From the IMG/VR virus record IMGVR_UViG_3300036971_000130: 64,000 bases of DNA; one strand, 5' to 3'. The position numbers and the translations under genes are program-made. Below are positions 18,799 through 28,102 of this stretch, piece by piece. Source of the DNA: a virus (lineage: Duplodnaviria; Caudoviricetes). The notes under the pieces are model-generated. The model did not search any database. It saw only the letters and a list, made by a program, of their open reading frames with translations, and was not told the origin of the DNA. The first letter of the stretch is position 1. Every line of letters starts with the position of its first letter.

Positions 18799-19664
18799 CT
18801 CCCAAGCGGCTCGCCGTAATTGTCGAACTCGGGCATCTCTCCGTAGCGGTGGAGAGGGAAGCTGTCACCGTCACGCTTCTTACGCCAGACCGTCGGGATA
18901 CTCACCTCGGTGAATCCGTGCTTGGTCATGGTCCCACGGCGCTTGGGGGACGGTGTAATCCATCTCACCGAATCGCCGTCATCGTCCTTGACGCACCACT
19001 TCGATCCGTACTGCGTCGACACCATCCGGATGTCATCTCGGACCTGCCCAGTTTCGAGATCGACGAGGTAGGTCTTGTCGTAGCTGAAGTACCTGTCGTC
19101 GGATTCGATGATCCCCAGCGAGCATTCCTCGCAGGTGCAGCCACCGAGGTACTTCGTCGGGTGGCCGTGAGGTGCAACGAACGCACAGTCCTCGCAGGTG
19201 CAGCCGTACTCCAACCGAGAAAGCGTTCCGTGTTCACCGTACTCAGCGGTGATCGCTGCTTCACGAGCTTCCGTCTCGGCGTCCCACTTCCTCCGACGGG
19301 CTTCAGCTTCGTCGAGTCGACGGGCGGCACGCCAGTCTCGCCAGTGCCGAGCGAGTTCCTCCCTGTTCATTCCGACTCGCTCGGCGCAGTCGGACCCGAT
19401 GTCATGGACCGTTCCCGTCTTCGTGTCCTCGACGACGTAGCAGTTGATGATGGCGGTGCCACAGTTCGCACAGGTACCGCCCGGTTGGACCGGAGCGTCA
19501 GGGGCAGCCTGGAACACCTTGCGGGTGAAGCCCTTGATCTTGCACTGCGACAGCCAAGGGAGCGTCGACCCGAGGTCGACATCGGACTTCGAGTGCTCGA
19601 CCGTCCCGAACTGGCCGTCGTTGCCAGCCTCTCCGGTGTGCTTCTTGCGGATCTTCTCGCTCAC
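18783..19664 (-). CDS. Cys-rich zinc-binding hypothetical protein with N-terminal GQF tag
   Basis: GTG overlaps the upstream TAG; CANC, IGSDC and two HG....(L/Y)..GCTCE.C motifs. Confidence 0.75.
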   Translation of the reverse strand: MSEKIRKKHTGEAGNDGQFGTVEHSKSDVDLGSTLPWLSQCKIKGFTRKVFQAAPDAPVQPGGTCANCGTAIINCYVVEDTKTGTVHDIGSDCAERVGMNREELARHWRDWRAARRLDEAEARRRKWDAETEAREAAITAEYGEHGTLSRLEYGCTCEDCAFVAPHGHPTKYLGGCTCEECSLGIIESDDRYFSYDKTYLVDLETGQVRDDIRMVSTQYGSKWCVKDDDGDSVRWITPSPKRRGTMTKHGFTEVSIPTVWRKKRDGDSFPLHRYGEMPEFDNYGEPLGSVTPG

Positions 19665-20524
19665 TACGACCTCGTCACGCTGTCGATGCCGTCGAAGAAC
19701 ATCTTGGCGAACCAGCGAACAGGTCGGAGAGACGACCTGAAGGCCCGCTCCTTCCACATGTCTCGGCGGTTCTGCTTGGCCTGCTTCTCAGCTTCGATGT
19801 TCCGCTCCCGGAACGCCCGGTCCTGGTCCACTAGCTTCTGCTCGTTCACCTGGTGGCGTTCGAGGTGCCGCTGCATCGCTTCGACAGCGTTCGAGTCGAT
19901 GTAGGGGTCGCCGTAGTCGTCGACGCTCGTGACGATGTACCCGCTCCATCCAGCGGCCCTGGCCTTGTTGTGGAGGTCGATGATGCCGGGGAGGTTCCGG
20001 GCTGGGACCATCTGCGACTTCCGAGGCGAGTCGATCAACTGGTCCGGGTTGTTGTCCTCGATGTGGTGAAGGGACCGGATGATGTAGTCCCGGTTCTCGT
20101 CACCTCGGTCGTAGAAGTCGTCGTCAGCGAGAGGTCGGACCGGGAACCCGTCCTCAGGCTCGACCAGCGGAGCCCTCTGCTCCATGTCGGCCAGCAGTGC
20201 TTCTCTCGCTCGGTCCGCCCGAGCCCAGTCGGGTTCGTTCGGGTAGTCGTCTGCGGTGATGTCGCTGACACCATCCCAGAGGTCTCCTTCTGGTGCGGAG
20301 CGATCCAGCCACTCCCCGAACTCGGGGTCGTCCATGAGGATGTCGTCGTAGTTGTCGTCGTCGTCGTCGGTGAGGTCGCTGGTGAGGTCGAGTTCGGGTC
20401 CTCGACCGAAGTCCGTCCTGTCGAACCGGCCACGGTCTCGGTTCTGGCTGTGGCTGTGATGAGCGTCGCCGTGATGGCGGCTACCATCCTGCGGAGGTCG
20501 GAACGAGGGGGAGAATCCAGGCAT
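19664..20524 (-). CDS. Acidic hypothetical protein with N-terminal tag
   Basis: Leaderless CCAATAGTT-N5-ATG; RDRGRFDRTDFGRGPELDL. Confidence 0.75.
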   Translation of the reverse strand: MPGFSPSFRPPQDGSRHHGDAHHSHSQNRDRGRFDRTDFGRGPELDLTSDLTDDDDDNYDDILMDDPEFGEWLDRSAPEGDLWDGVSDITADDYPNEPDWARADRAREALLADMEQRAPLVEPEDGFPVRPLADDDFYDRGDENRDYIIRSLHHIEDNNPDQLIDSPRKSQMVPARNLPGIIDLHNKARAAGWSGYIVTSVDDYGDPYIDSNAVEAMQRHLERHQVNEQKLVDQDRAFRERNIEAEKQAKQNRRDMWKERAFRSSLRPVRWFAKMFFDGIDSVTRS

Positions 20525-20529
20525 ACTCC

Positions 20530-20538
20530 AACTATTGG
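20530..20538 (-). promoter_or_regulatory. CCAATAGTT leaderless promoter motif (copy 1)
   Basis: Identical at 33619-33627 and 46368-46376, always 5 nt before an ATG. Confidence 0.7.
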
Positions 20539-20607
20539 CGGCTGGCTGGTCAACCCGCCACCCATGATGATCTGGAAGTACTCACCCGAATAGGACATTC
20601 CACCCAA

Positions 20608-21078
20608 ATGCTCAACCGCATGAAAACCGAGACACACGAAGAAATCTCCCGTCGATGGTTCCCCGAGGGAACGTTCGTTCGGTCGGATGGTGGCGTCTTC
20701 TTCAGCCCTGTCGTCGGTGGCCGTTGGGAGGTCCACCTGAATGATGGGACCTACATCCTCTACGACAGCGTGGGACGCTTCTCGACAGCCCCGTGCCCCA
20801 TCTCAGGCATCTACCCGATCGTCTCGAAGCTCGAAGCTCGGATGGTCCACTGCTCCGGTCTGAACCTCGAAGACTACGACCTCGCTGTCCTGCCGTCGGG
20901 GGTTATCGACCTCAACATCGAGATGGTGAACGGCAACGTCGATCTCCTGGCGATGGTCTCGAAGCATGACAGGTCGGTCGAGACCATCGGTCTGTTCGGT
21001 ACCTACCAGGGGGCGGTCTCACTCGCCAGCCTCGTCGGCTACAGTCGAGACGACTGGGAAGGCGTCCTCGTATCGTGA
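20608..21078 (+). CDS. Hypothetical protein
   Basis: GC3-biased ORF downstream of ACCCATGAT (20560-20568). Confidence 0.65.
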   Translation: MLNRMKTETHEEISRRWFPEGTFVRSDGGVFFSPVVGGRWEVHLNDGTYILYDSVGRFSTAPCPISGIYPIVSKLEARMVHCSGLNLEDYDLAVLPSGVIDLNIEMVNGNVDLLAMVSKHDRSVETIGLFGTYQGAVSLASLVGYSRDDWEGVLVS

Positions 21079-21371
21079 GCGACAACGAAGTGGAAGTCGA
21101 AGCGAGCCAAGCCGATCTCGAAACGATGCTGGTGCAGAACCGGCCGTTGAGGATCGAGGCGATCGACAGATCAACCATGTTCGTTGTCGGCTCCGAGCCG
21201 AACTCGTCCCACTGCTACCGAGAGGTCGACGGCCAGGTTGTCTGGTCCGCCAACATCAGCGGACGAGATCACAGCAGGCAGTTGGCTGCGTTGTTCGACG
21301 TGTTCACGTCCCGGCCTGTCGTGTTCTGGTCCTTCGACCCGTCGAGGACTTTTTCCTTCGGACGACCCTGA
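21075..21371 (+). CDS. Hypothetical protein
   Basis: GTGA overlap with the upstream gene. Confidence 0.6.
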   Translation: MSDNEVEVEASQADLETMLVQNRPLRIEAIDRSTMFVVGSEPNSSHCYREVDGQVVWSANISGRDHSRQLAALFDVFTSRPVVFWSFDPSRTFSFGRP

Positions 21372-21384
21372 TCCTCCACGTCGT

Positions 21385-21406
21385 TGTCAGCCCCCTCCGG
21401 TAAGGT
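21385..21406 (+). promoter_or_regulatory. PafBC/RecA-NDp-like promoter
   Basis: TGTCAG-ccccctccgg-TAAGGT. Confidence 0.6.
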
Positions 21407-21440
21407 GGCGGCAACAACTACGGATGAGGGGATCATCACC

Positions 21441-21572
21441 ATGAGAGAGCGTTGCTCTGTCTTTTTCAACACCAAGATCATGTACGAGTACCACCCGGTG
21501 ATCGTGCGCCAACGTCGTCGGGCCCGTCTGGCTGCGGCGGCGATGATCGCTTCCAAGTCAACGAGCGTGTAG
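21441..21572 (+). CDS. Small basic protein (43 aa)
   Basis: GAGGGG RBS before ATG, directly below the TGTCAG promoter. Confidence 0.4.
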   Translation: MRERCSVFFNTKIMYEYHPVIVRQRRRARLAAAAMIASKSTSV

Positions 21573-21583
21573 TATGGGTGGGT

Positions 21584-21886
21584 ATGTCCGATCACCCCAT
21601 CACACGGACCGTCTACCGACACACCGTCGACCACCTCTCAGGTGATCGTTCGGCCAAAGGCCGATGCCTCGAAGTGCTCCGGTTCTTCGGTCATGGGGAA
21701 GCCACGTTCGAGGCCATCTGCGCCGCCGTCCTCCAAGCACGGAACGCTGCTGTCGATGCCAGCCCGCTCTACGAGGGGCCTTCGACGCTCATGCTCTCGA
21801 TCTCACGTTTCGAGCGTGAGACGATGAAGCAGCAGATGTCCGTCGATGCCGTCTGCTCGTTCCTGACTCGACTCGCACCAGCCTGA
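21584..21886 (+). CDS. Hypothetical protein (MSDHPITR..)
   Basis: 3' part of ORF 21452..21886 with plausible codon bias. Confidence 0.55.
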   Translation: MSDHPITRTVYRHTVDHLSGDRSAKGRCLEVLRFFGHGEATFEAICAAVLQARNAAVDASPLYEGPSTLMLSISRFERETMKQQMSVDAVCSFLTRLAPA

Positions 21887-21925
21887 CCTCTACCGATCCG
21901 TCAGTCGACGGGCTACGCTGAGGAC

Positions 21926-22123
21926 ATGCCAGCCACACCACAGCAACACAAGGTCAGGCAGGATCGTCCCCTCGGCGTCATGTTCCGTGCCTGCACAAGA
22001 TGCAAGGAAGTGAAGCGGACGAGGACCGACTTCAGATGGATGCCCGGCCGGGTCAGGTTCCACCCGTGGTGCCTGCGGTGTGAAGCAGACCGTCGGAAGT
22101 TCAGGTCACACCGGAAGCAGTAG
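21926..22123 (+). CDS. Small zinc-finger protein
   Basis: CTRCKEVK..F..CLRC; GAGGA RBS. Confidence 0.6.
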   Translation: MPATPQQHKVRQDRPLGVMFRACTRCKEVKRTRTDFRWMPGRVRFHPWCLRCEADRRKFRSHRKQ

Positions 22124-22354
22124 CTTCGGTTCGTCGCCAGGCCAGTAGATGTCTTCGCAAGGCCACGGGCGAGGCTCGTTGCCGTCGAAGGACACCCATG
22201 CCTTCGGGAACCCACCCTTCATCGTGACCGCCGTCGAATCGCCAGAGCGATGCTTCTGCGGCACCTCAGCGACGACAGCAAGGTGGTGGACACCTGAAGC
22301 GTCCACCACCACGATCACGTCATCGACAGATAGCCGTCCCCAGCCGAAGCGCAT
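22106..22354 (-). CDS. Small hypothetical protein
   Basis: Starts just after the stop of 22358..22876. Confidence 0.5.
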   Translation of the reverse strand: MRFGWGRLSVDDVIVVVDASGVHHLAVVAEVPQKHRSGDSTAVTMKGGFPKAWVSFDGNEPRPWPCEDIYWPGDEPKLLLPV

Positions 22355-22357
22355 CGG

Positions 22358-22876
22358 TCAGTGGTCAAGCCAATCGGGAACCATCTCACTCGGCCCCCAA
22401 CCGATGAAGGAAGGCTCGTTCTGAACGTCCCACCATTCGAGAGCGTCGTACGGGGTGAAGACCCGGTCCGGCTCACCGACCTTGGATGGGAACGGAACCG
22501 GGTACGCCCGCATCCGACGCTTGTCTTCTTCGGTGAGAATGTCCTCGTGACGAAGCATCATCTCGCATCGAGCAAGCATCCGGGCTTCCTCGGAGATGAT
22601 GTTGTCCGGACCACCGAGGCGTGCGGTGACCACGTCGATCACGTCGTCGGGAACATCGACCGTGGTCCAGAACCCGACGTATTCCTCCACCGACCGGAAG
22701 TGGGGAGGGTAGACGAAACTCCCCTTCTCGACCGGCATCCGGAGGTTGTCCATCGGCTCGTGGTAGTTGGCGGTGAACTGACCGCCCTGGGGTGTTCCTG
22801 CCGCCAGACGGGCACGTCGAGCGCCAGGGGTCGTCGCCTCCCGGACGAACCGGGCAAACTTCTGTCCAAAGTTCAC
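22358..22876 (-). CDS. Hypothetical protein with N-terminal GGQF tag
   Basis: RLAAGTPQGGQFTANYHEPMDNL; GTGA coupling to the upstream gene. Confidence 0.7.
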   Translation of the reverse strand: MNFGQKFARFVREATTPGARRARLAAGTPQGGQFTANYHEPMDNLRMPVEKGSFVYPPHFRSVEEYVGFWTTVDVPDDVIDVVTARLGGPDNIISEEARMLARCEMMLRHEDILTEEDKRRMRAYPVPFPSKVGEPDRVFTPYDALEWWDVQNEPSFIGWGPSEMVPDWLDH

Positions 22877-23982
22877 CAGTCGACTCCATCCAGGTCGTTC
22901 ACGATCTCATCGGGGCGGTAGCGCACACCTTCACGTCCGACGCTGAAGGGGTCGATACCGGTGGTGTCGGACTCCATCGCCTCCATGACCACATGGGTGA
23001 TCGTGGTGCTGATTTCTTCCAGGCGTTCGACGATCGCCTGGACAGGTCCGTATAGGAGTTCCTCCATCGTCACCGAGTCCGAGAAGTTCTCCCCGATCTC
23101 GGAACCGACCATCCGCCACCACTCGGCTTCGGCGTCCATCCCGCTGTAGGAGATGGCTCCGAGGTCGGCCAGGGTGCGAGTTCCGTTGATGGCTCGCATC
23201 CGGTCGATCGGCACGAGTTCCTCGTCTTCCTCGGCCATCTTGATGATGACCGAATCGGACGTGTCGGACTCAGGAACACCGTCGGTGATGCCGAGAGCGA
23301 GACCCTCAGCGATGTCACGGAGCGCCTCAGTGTGGACCGCCCAGGTCATCTGGTAGACGAGGCCGATCCACCCTTCCGCTTCGATCATCCCCTGGTCGGG
23401 GTTGTCGGAGTTCGAGTCGATGGCGACACCGAGGTCGATGGCGTCGAGAACCTCATCGGGTTCACCGTCGAGCCACCGGGCGACACGCTCCATGTCTTCG
23501 GCGTTCGTGATGTCGAGGCCAGCCCCAGCCAGCACGTTGTACCACTCGCCGGTCTCGACGTTGTAGAAGCCGGTCGACATCATCTCACCAGCGACACGAA
23601 CAGCCCACAGGTCGTCCGATTCGAGGGTGTAGGTCGTCTCGATCTCCTGAGCGGTGAAGGTCATCATCTCGTCGACCTCGACCTCCACCTCGTAGCGGTG
23701 GGCGAGCTTCGGCGGAAGCCACATGAGCGGGTGCGCCATCATCCGAGGGTCGATCCCGGCCCAGCGACGACGGGAACCGCCGAACGCACCCTCCGCCGGG
23801 TAAGCGGGAGGGTAGAGCGGAATCGGAGTCGAGATCAGCGGGGTCGAAACCAGGTCGGACGGGTCCATGAGGGAGACTTCCGTCCAACGGTAGAACCGGT
23901 TGACGACCTCCAACGGATCGGCGCTGACGAACAGGGTCTCACCAGGCTCGTGGAACCAGCGAATCCATGGACTTGCGGTCAT
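22873..23982 (-). CDS. Acidic hypothetical protein
   Basis: Strong codon bias, AAGGAG RBS, HPLMWLP motif. Confidence 0.75.
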   Translation of the reverse strand: MTASPWIRWFHEPGETLFVSADPLEVVNRFYRWTEVSLMDPSDLVSTPLISTPIPLYPPAYPAEGAFGGSRRRWAGIDPRMMAHPLMWLPPKLAHRYEVEVEVDEMMTFTAQEIETTYTLESDDLWAVRVAGEMMSTGFYNVETGEWYNVLAGAGLDITNAEDMERVARWLDGEPDEVLDAIDLGVAIDSNSDNPDQGMIEAEGWIGLVYQMTWAVHTEALRDIAEGLALGITDGVPESDTSDSVIIKMAEEDEELVPIDRMRAINGTRTLADLGAISYSGMDAEAEWWRMVGSEIGENFSDSVTMEELLYGPVQAIVERLEEISTTITHVVMEAMESDTTGIDPFSVGREGVRYRPDEIVNDLDGVDW

Positions 23983-24019
23983 ACCTCGCTCCTTCTTGTA
24001 GTCGGGTGGCTGCTACCTT

Positions 24020-24050
24020 GAAACTGTGACTTCGATGGACCCTCCATGGT
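24020..24050 (-). promoter_or_regulatory. Repeated transfer-operon promoter/operator (copy 1)
   Basis: GAAACTGTGACTTC-N10-CCATGGT (+ strand), repeated at 31765-31795. Confidence 0.65.
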
Positions 24051-24066
24051 CGGAAAGTCCGTTTGG

Positions 24067-24702
24067 CTACTCGAACCCGACGCTTCCGACAGCGAAGTCG
24101 GAGACGGAGAAGGTCCCGTTGGCCTCGGACAGCCGCACCCAGGTGGGCGTGAGCGTGTCTTCGTTGGTCAGCTTCCCGTCCTTGTTGTAGCTGTAGGTGC
24201 CACAGGAGACCCGCCAGGTGCCGGGCTTCGTCTCCGCTGCGACGAGGAACCTGGAATCGGTCCGCCCCTCATCTGGGGTGACTCGCAGAGCGGAGAGCTT
24301 GGTGACCGCCTCGGGGGTCATCAGCGACGAGAGGCGTGCGGTGAAGGCCGTCGAGTTCTCGTTGGAGACCGAGGCAGCGTAGGCACAAGCCCAGCGGGTT
24401 GCGACCGCTTCAGCGTTCGACCGATCGACGTTCGAGAGGTCGAGATCCGACGGCGTCCACACGTCTTCGGTCTCGTCGTGCTCACCGCCGTTCTCGTTTT
24501 CCTCGGACTCGTAGTCGATGACAACGTCATCGACCTTCGTTGGCGACGTGACCTCGTTGTCGATCGTCGTCGTCGGTTTGGCCGACTTCTGGCTCACGAT
24601 CGCTTCTTCGGCGTTGCGAGACTGGCGGTTCAGGAACACGAACCCGAGGATTACGAGGATGGCGACGCAGAACATCATCATCCGGCGATCGTTCAGTGAC
24701 AT
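24067..24702 (-). CDS. Membrane-anchored putative conjugation protein
   Basis: N-terminal TM; last gene of the transfer operon. Confidence 0.65.
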   Translation of the reverse strand: MSLNDRRMMMFCVAILVILGFVFLNRQSRNAEEAIVSQKSAKPTTTIDNEVTSPTKVDDVVIDYESEENENGGEHDETEDVWTPSDLDLSNVDRSNAEAVATRWACAYAASVSNENSTAFTARLSSLMTPEAVTKLSALRVTPDEGRTDSRFLVAAETKPGTWRVSCGTYSYNKDGKLTNEDTLTPTWVRLSEANGTFSVSDFAVGSVGFE

Positions 24703-24703
24703 G

Positions 24704-27700
24704 TCAGCTTCCTGTCGTTGACCAGTGCCAAGACTCGCTCGGCAGGTTCTTCAGTCCGTACTTGGCTGCGTTCTGAGCCAGCCACTTGTAGCAGGCGGTT
24801 GCCCGAGTCGAGCAGTTCGCCCAGTCGATCGCAAGACCCTTCTGGTGCTGGGACTGTCCCGGCTTGGCAGTCGGGGGACGGCACGAACCGGACGGCATCT
24901 CGTAGATGGCGTACTGGGACGTACCGCAGTGCTTCTTGCGGAGTTCGATCTGGAGGGTGACGGACCGGTAGGAGTTACCGACAGCCATCGGCACACCGTC
25001 AGCGGCAGCGTCAGCGATCAACTGGTTGATGATCGGCACCATCTGGCAGTTCGTCTCTGCGTTGCCGATCGGGCAGACAGCGACCGGAGCACCAGAGTCG
25101 ATGTTCACGATCATCCCGTCGCCTCCACCGCTCACCGAGCAGTCGGTCGCCGGAGTGGCGGGGAGCCCGGTTGCGAGCCCCTTCAGGAACTCGGCATACA
25201 CCTTGTAGCCCTCAACGGTGTAGTGGATGCCGTCATCGGCCCGCTTGCCCTCCATCGAGGTCTTCGCAGCGGCGTCCCAGTCGGCCACCTTCAGGTTCGG
25301 GTAGGTGCTCGTCGCTTCGGTCAGGGCGGCGTTGACCCCGTCCTTGGCGGCACCGAGCTTCGTGGAGCCGGTGTCGACGTTCACCCACTGGACCTGCTTG
25401 GTCGTGCCGACCATGTCCATGACCGACTTGATCTTGGCGGCGAAGTCTTCCTTCGTGCTCGTGTAGTCGTTCGTGCCGAGAGCGATGATGATGGCGTCGG
25501 AGTTCGGAGCTTCCTTCGTCACGATCTCCGGGGCCTCCGAAGTCGGACGACCGACCTTGGCGTCGACCGTCCACTCGCTCGGCAGCCCGGCGGTCTTCGC
25601 TCCATCGGTGAGAGAGTCACCGATGAGAAGGACTCGGGCGGGAGTTGCAGGGGTGCCTGCGACCGTCGTGGTCGTGGCCTCACCGCCAGTCGTCGTTGCA
25701 CCGGCGGCAGTCGTGGTGGTAGCTCCTGCGGCCGTCGTCGTGGTAGCCCCGGACCCGGACGTGTCACTCGGAGTGCCGTTCGGGAGAGGACTGCTGTCGG
25801 AGTCGATGATGGGGAACCAGCCGACAGGGGTCGACTGGGTCACGCCGTAGGTGGCGTTGCTCTCCTTGATGGTGGCGAGGATCGCCGCAGCATCCGGGAT
25901 GGCCTCGGCGTACTTCCCAGGGTAGGCGGAGACCTGAACGTCCTGAGCGGCAACACCCGGCTCCATCGCCTCCCAACCAGCGTGATCGAGAAGACCAGGA
26001 GGGTTGCCCTTGTTCGGTCCGGTCGGACCACCGTAGAACGCCCTCGACGAGTAGATGGCGTCACCGACCTGCTCCTTGGTGCCCCATCCAGATGCGGGAC
26101 GCTGCTGGAACAGACCAACCGAGTCGTGGTCGACAGCGACCTGACCGTTCAGGAGGTTGAGTTCGACGATGGCCGTCGCCAGAGCGATGATCTGTCCACG
26201 CTCGGGGACACCCATCGACTTGCCGACATCGACGATAAGGACGGCGTTCGCCCAACGCTGCTGGGTCAGCGGGATGTTGTGCCCCTTGTAGGCGAGGATG
26301 TCACCGATCTTCAGCGGACCGCTCGTGGGAAGCGGGATGCCGGAGACACCGCTCTGCGAACCCGAACCACACGCTGGGGTCTGGTTCATCCATGCGAGCG
26401 CCGTGTTGTAGATGGTTCCGGCAACGATGTCGGAGTTCTGTCCGTCCGAGAGGCCCTTCAGTGGGAGAGCCTTGATGACGGCGAGCCAGCCCTCCTTCTC
26501 CATCTCGAAGGAACCATCGGGGCCGAACTTCTGCTCGACCTTGATGGCGTTGATCTGGCGTGCGACGTAGACCGTCGAGTCGTACGGCTTCTGGACATCG
26601 ACCTCAGCCTTGTCGCTGATCGCCTTCTGTTCCTCGACGTATGTGTTCCAAGCTTCTTCTTCGACCAGCATCATCCCGTACCACGGACCACCCTGGACCT
26701 TGATGTCCTGCTGGGTGGTGGTGGTCACCGGAGCGGTCGTCGTGGTTGCGACCGTCGTGGTCGTGTCACCTCGAACCGTGATCGGAGTTTCCGTCGTCGA
26801 CGTTGCACCTTCAGCGGTGGTGGTCGTCGTCATCGACTCCGAAGCGACGTTGGTCGGGGCCATGTTCGAGATCGGCGTGTCATCCACGATCGGCGGGTCG
26901 GTGATCGGGAAGACATCGCCGTCGTGGGGGACTTCGGTGGTCGTGGTTGCGCCTTCGGGCTCGACGAACTCCACGGTCGTTGCCGTGGCGAGAGGGTGAT
27001 CCTTCTCGTAGTCGTCGGGGTTGTAGTCGTTGGCGTAGTCCTCCATCATCTTGCCGTCGGCGTCGTACGGCCAGATGCGGACCTTGCCGTCTGGGGCAGC
27101 CATTCCGTGGTTGGTCTCGTACCGTCCGATGGCGGCGAGGATCTGCCACTGGACATCGTTGTCGTTGCCGATCTGCTGGTACATCATCAGAGCGGAACCG
27201 GGCGTTCCATCACGCATGGCGTACTGTCCGGAAGCAACGTCGTTCTGCGACATCGACATCGACATGCCGCTCACGCTGATCAGGACCATGACCAGCAGGA
27301 GCCCGACCATGAGTAGCGGAGACAGGAGAGCGAGAGCGGGCTTGATGAACTCCTTCAGGCCCTTCTTCGCCGCACCTCCGATGCCGTCCTTCTTCATCGA
27401 CTTGGCGAACTTCTTGCCGCCCTTGATGCCGGAGGCAACCAGGCGAGCGGGCGGTGGGGCAGCCTTCGAAACGGCGTCGAGGCCCTTGTCTGCGGCAGCT
27501 TCAGCGCCACCCTTCTTCGCTGCACCGGCAGCGGCACCGGCTGCACCTGCGGCAGCGGCCTTGCCTCCCGACTTCCCGCCCTTCTTGTCCTTGCCTGAGC
27601 GGTCGGGCGTCTCAACGCCCTTCTTGTCGTCCTTCTTGTCCTTGCCGATGCTGGTGAGCGCACTCGTGCCCTTGGCTGAGTCCTTCTTGTCGTCGGAGGA

Positions 27701-28102
27701 CTCGCCGGACTTCTTCCCCTTCTTCCCGCTGCCGGTGGCGGAGACCTCGGCCTCCCCTCCACCTTCGGCTCCGGTCTCGTTGCCGTGCTCAGGAGGGTTC
27801 TCGTCGCTGTGGTCACCACTGTCGCTGTCGTCGTCGGCTTCGACACCACGAAGTGCGGCGCTCTTGCGCTCACGTTCCTTGGCCGTCATCGTGCGACCAC
27901 GACCGGACTTCGACCAGTCACGGGACGGACCACGACGGGGGACAGCCGGGGTTTCCGGTTCGGGAGTTGGCTCCGGGGTCTGATCCTCGGAGGTCTTCTC
28001 CGGTGTCCGGTCCTCGGGCTTCTCGACAGGATCGCCCGAAGGCTGAGGACGATCCTGGTCCTCAGCCTTCTGGTCTTCTGGCTTCTCGTTCATCTCACTC
28101 AT
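24704..28102 (-). CDS. Multi-domain conjugative cell-wall hydrolase (lysozyme-like x2, SGNH, M15/VanY-type peptidase)
   Basis: Start MSEMNEK at 28102 (ATGA overlap); TM; WQILAAIGRYETNHG; ALATAIVE..DSVGLFQQR..GWG; IGDSLT/LGTND/DGIHY; PGQSQHQKGLAID..ESWHW. Confidence 0.85.
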   Translation of the reverse strand: MSEMNEKPEDQKAEDQDRPQPSGDPVEKPEDRTPEKTSEDQTPEPTPEPETPAVPRRGPSRDWSKSGRGRTMTAKERERKSAALRGVEADDDSDSGDHSDENPPEHGNETGAEGGGEAEVSATGSGKKGKKSGESSDDKKDSAKGTSALTSIGKDKKDDKKGVETPDRSGKDKKGGKSGGKAAAAGAAGAAAGAAKKGGAEAAADKGLDAVSKAAPPPARLVASGIKGGKKFAKSMKKDGIGGAAKKGLKEFIKPALALLSPLLMVGLLLVMVLISVSGMSMSMSQNDVASGQYAMRDGTPGSALMMYQQIGNDNDVQWQILAAIGRYETNHGMAAPDGKVRIWPYDADGKMMEDYANDYNPDDYEKDHPLATATTVEFVEPEGATTTTEVPHDGDVFPITDPPIVDDTPISNMAPTNVASESMTTTTTAEGATSTTETPITVRGDTTTTVATTTTAPVTTTTQQDIKVQGGPWYGMMLVEEEAWNTYVEEQKAISDKAEVDVQKPYDSTVYVARQINAIKVEQKFGPDGSFEMEKEGWLAVIKALPLKGLSDGQNSDIVAGTIYNTALAWMNQTPACGSGSQSGVSGIPLPTSGPLKIGDILAYKGHNIPLTQQRWANAVLIVDVGKSMGVPERGQIIALATAIVELNLLNGQVAVDHDSVGLFQQRPASGWGTKEQVGDAIYSSRAFYGGPTGPNKGNPPGLLDHAGWEAMEPGVAAQDVQVSAYPGKYAEAIPDAAAILATIKESNATYGVTQSTPVGWFPIIDSDSSPLPNGTPSDTSGSGATTTTAAGATTTTAAGATTTGGEATTTTVAGTPATPARVLLIGDSLTDGAKTAGLPSEWTVDAKVGRPTSEAPEIVTKEAPNSDAIIIALGTNDYTSTKEDFAAKIKSVMDMVGTTKQVQWVNVDTGSTKLGAAKDGVNAALTEATSTYPNLKVADWDAAAKTSMEGKRADDGIHYTVEGYKVYAEFLKGLATGLPATPATDCSVSGGGDGMIVNIDSGAPVAVCPIGNAETNCQMVPIINQLIADAAADGVPMAVGNSYRSVTLQIELRKKHCGTSQYAIYEMPSGSCRPPTAKPGQSQHQKGLAIDWANCSTRATACYKWLAQNAAKYGLKNLPSESWHWSTTGS

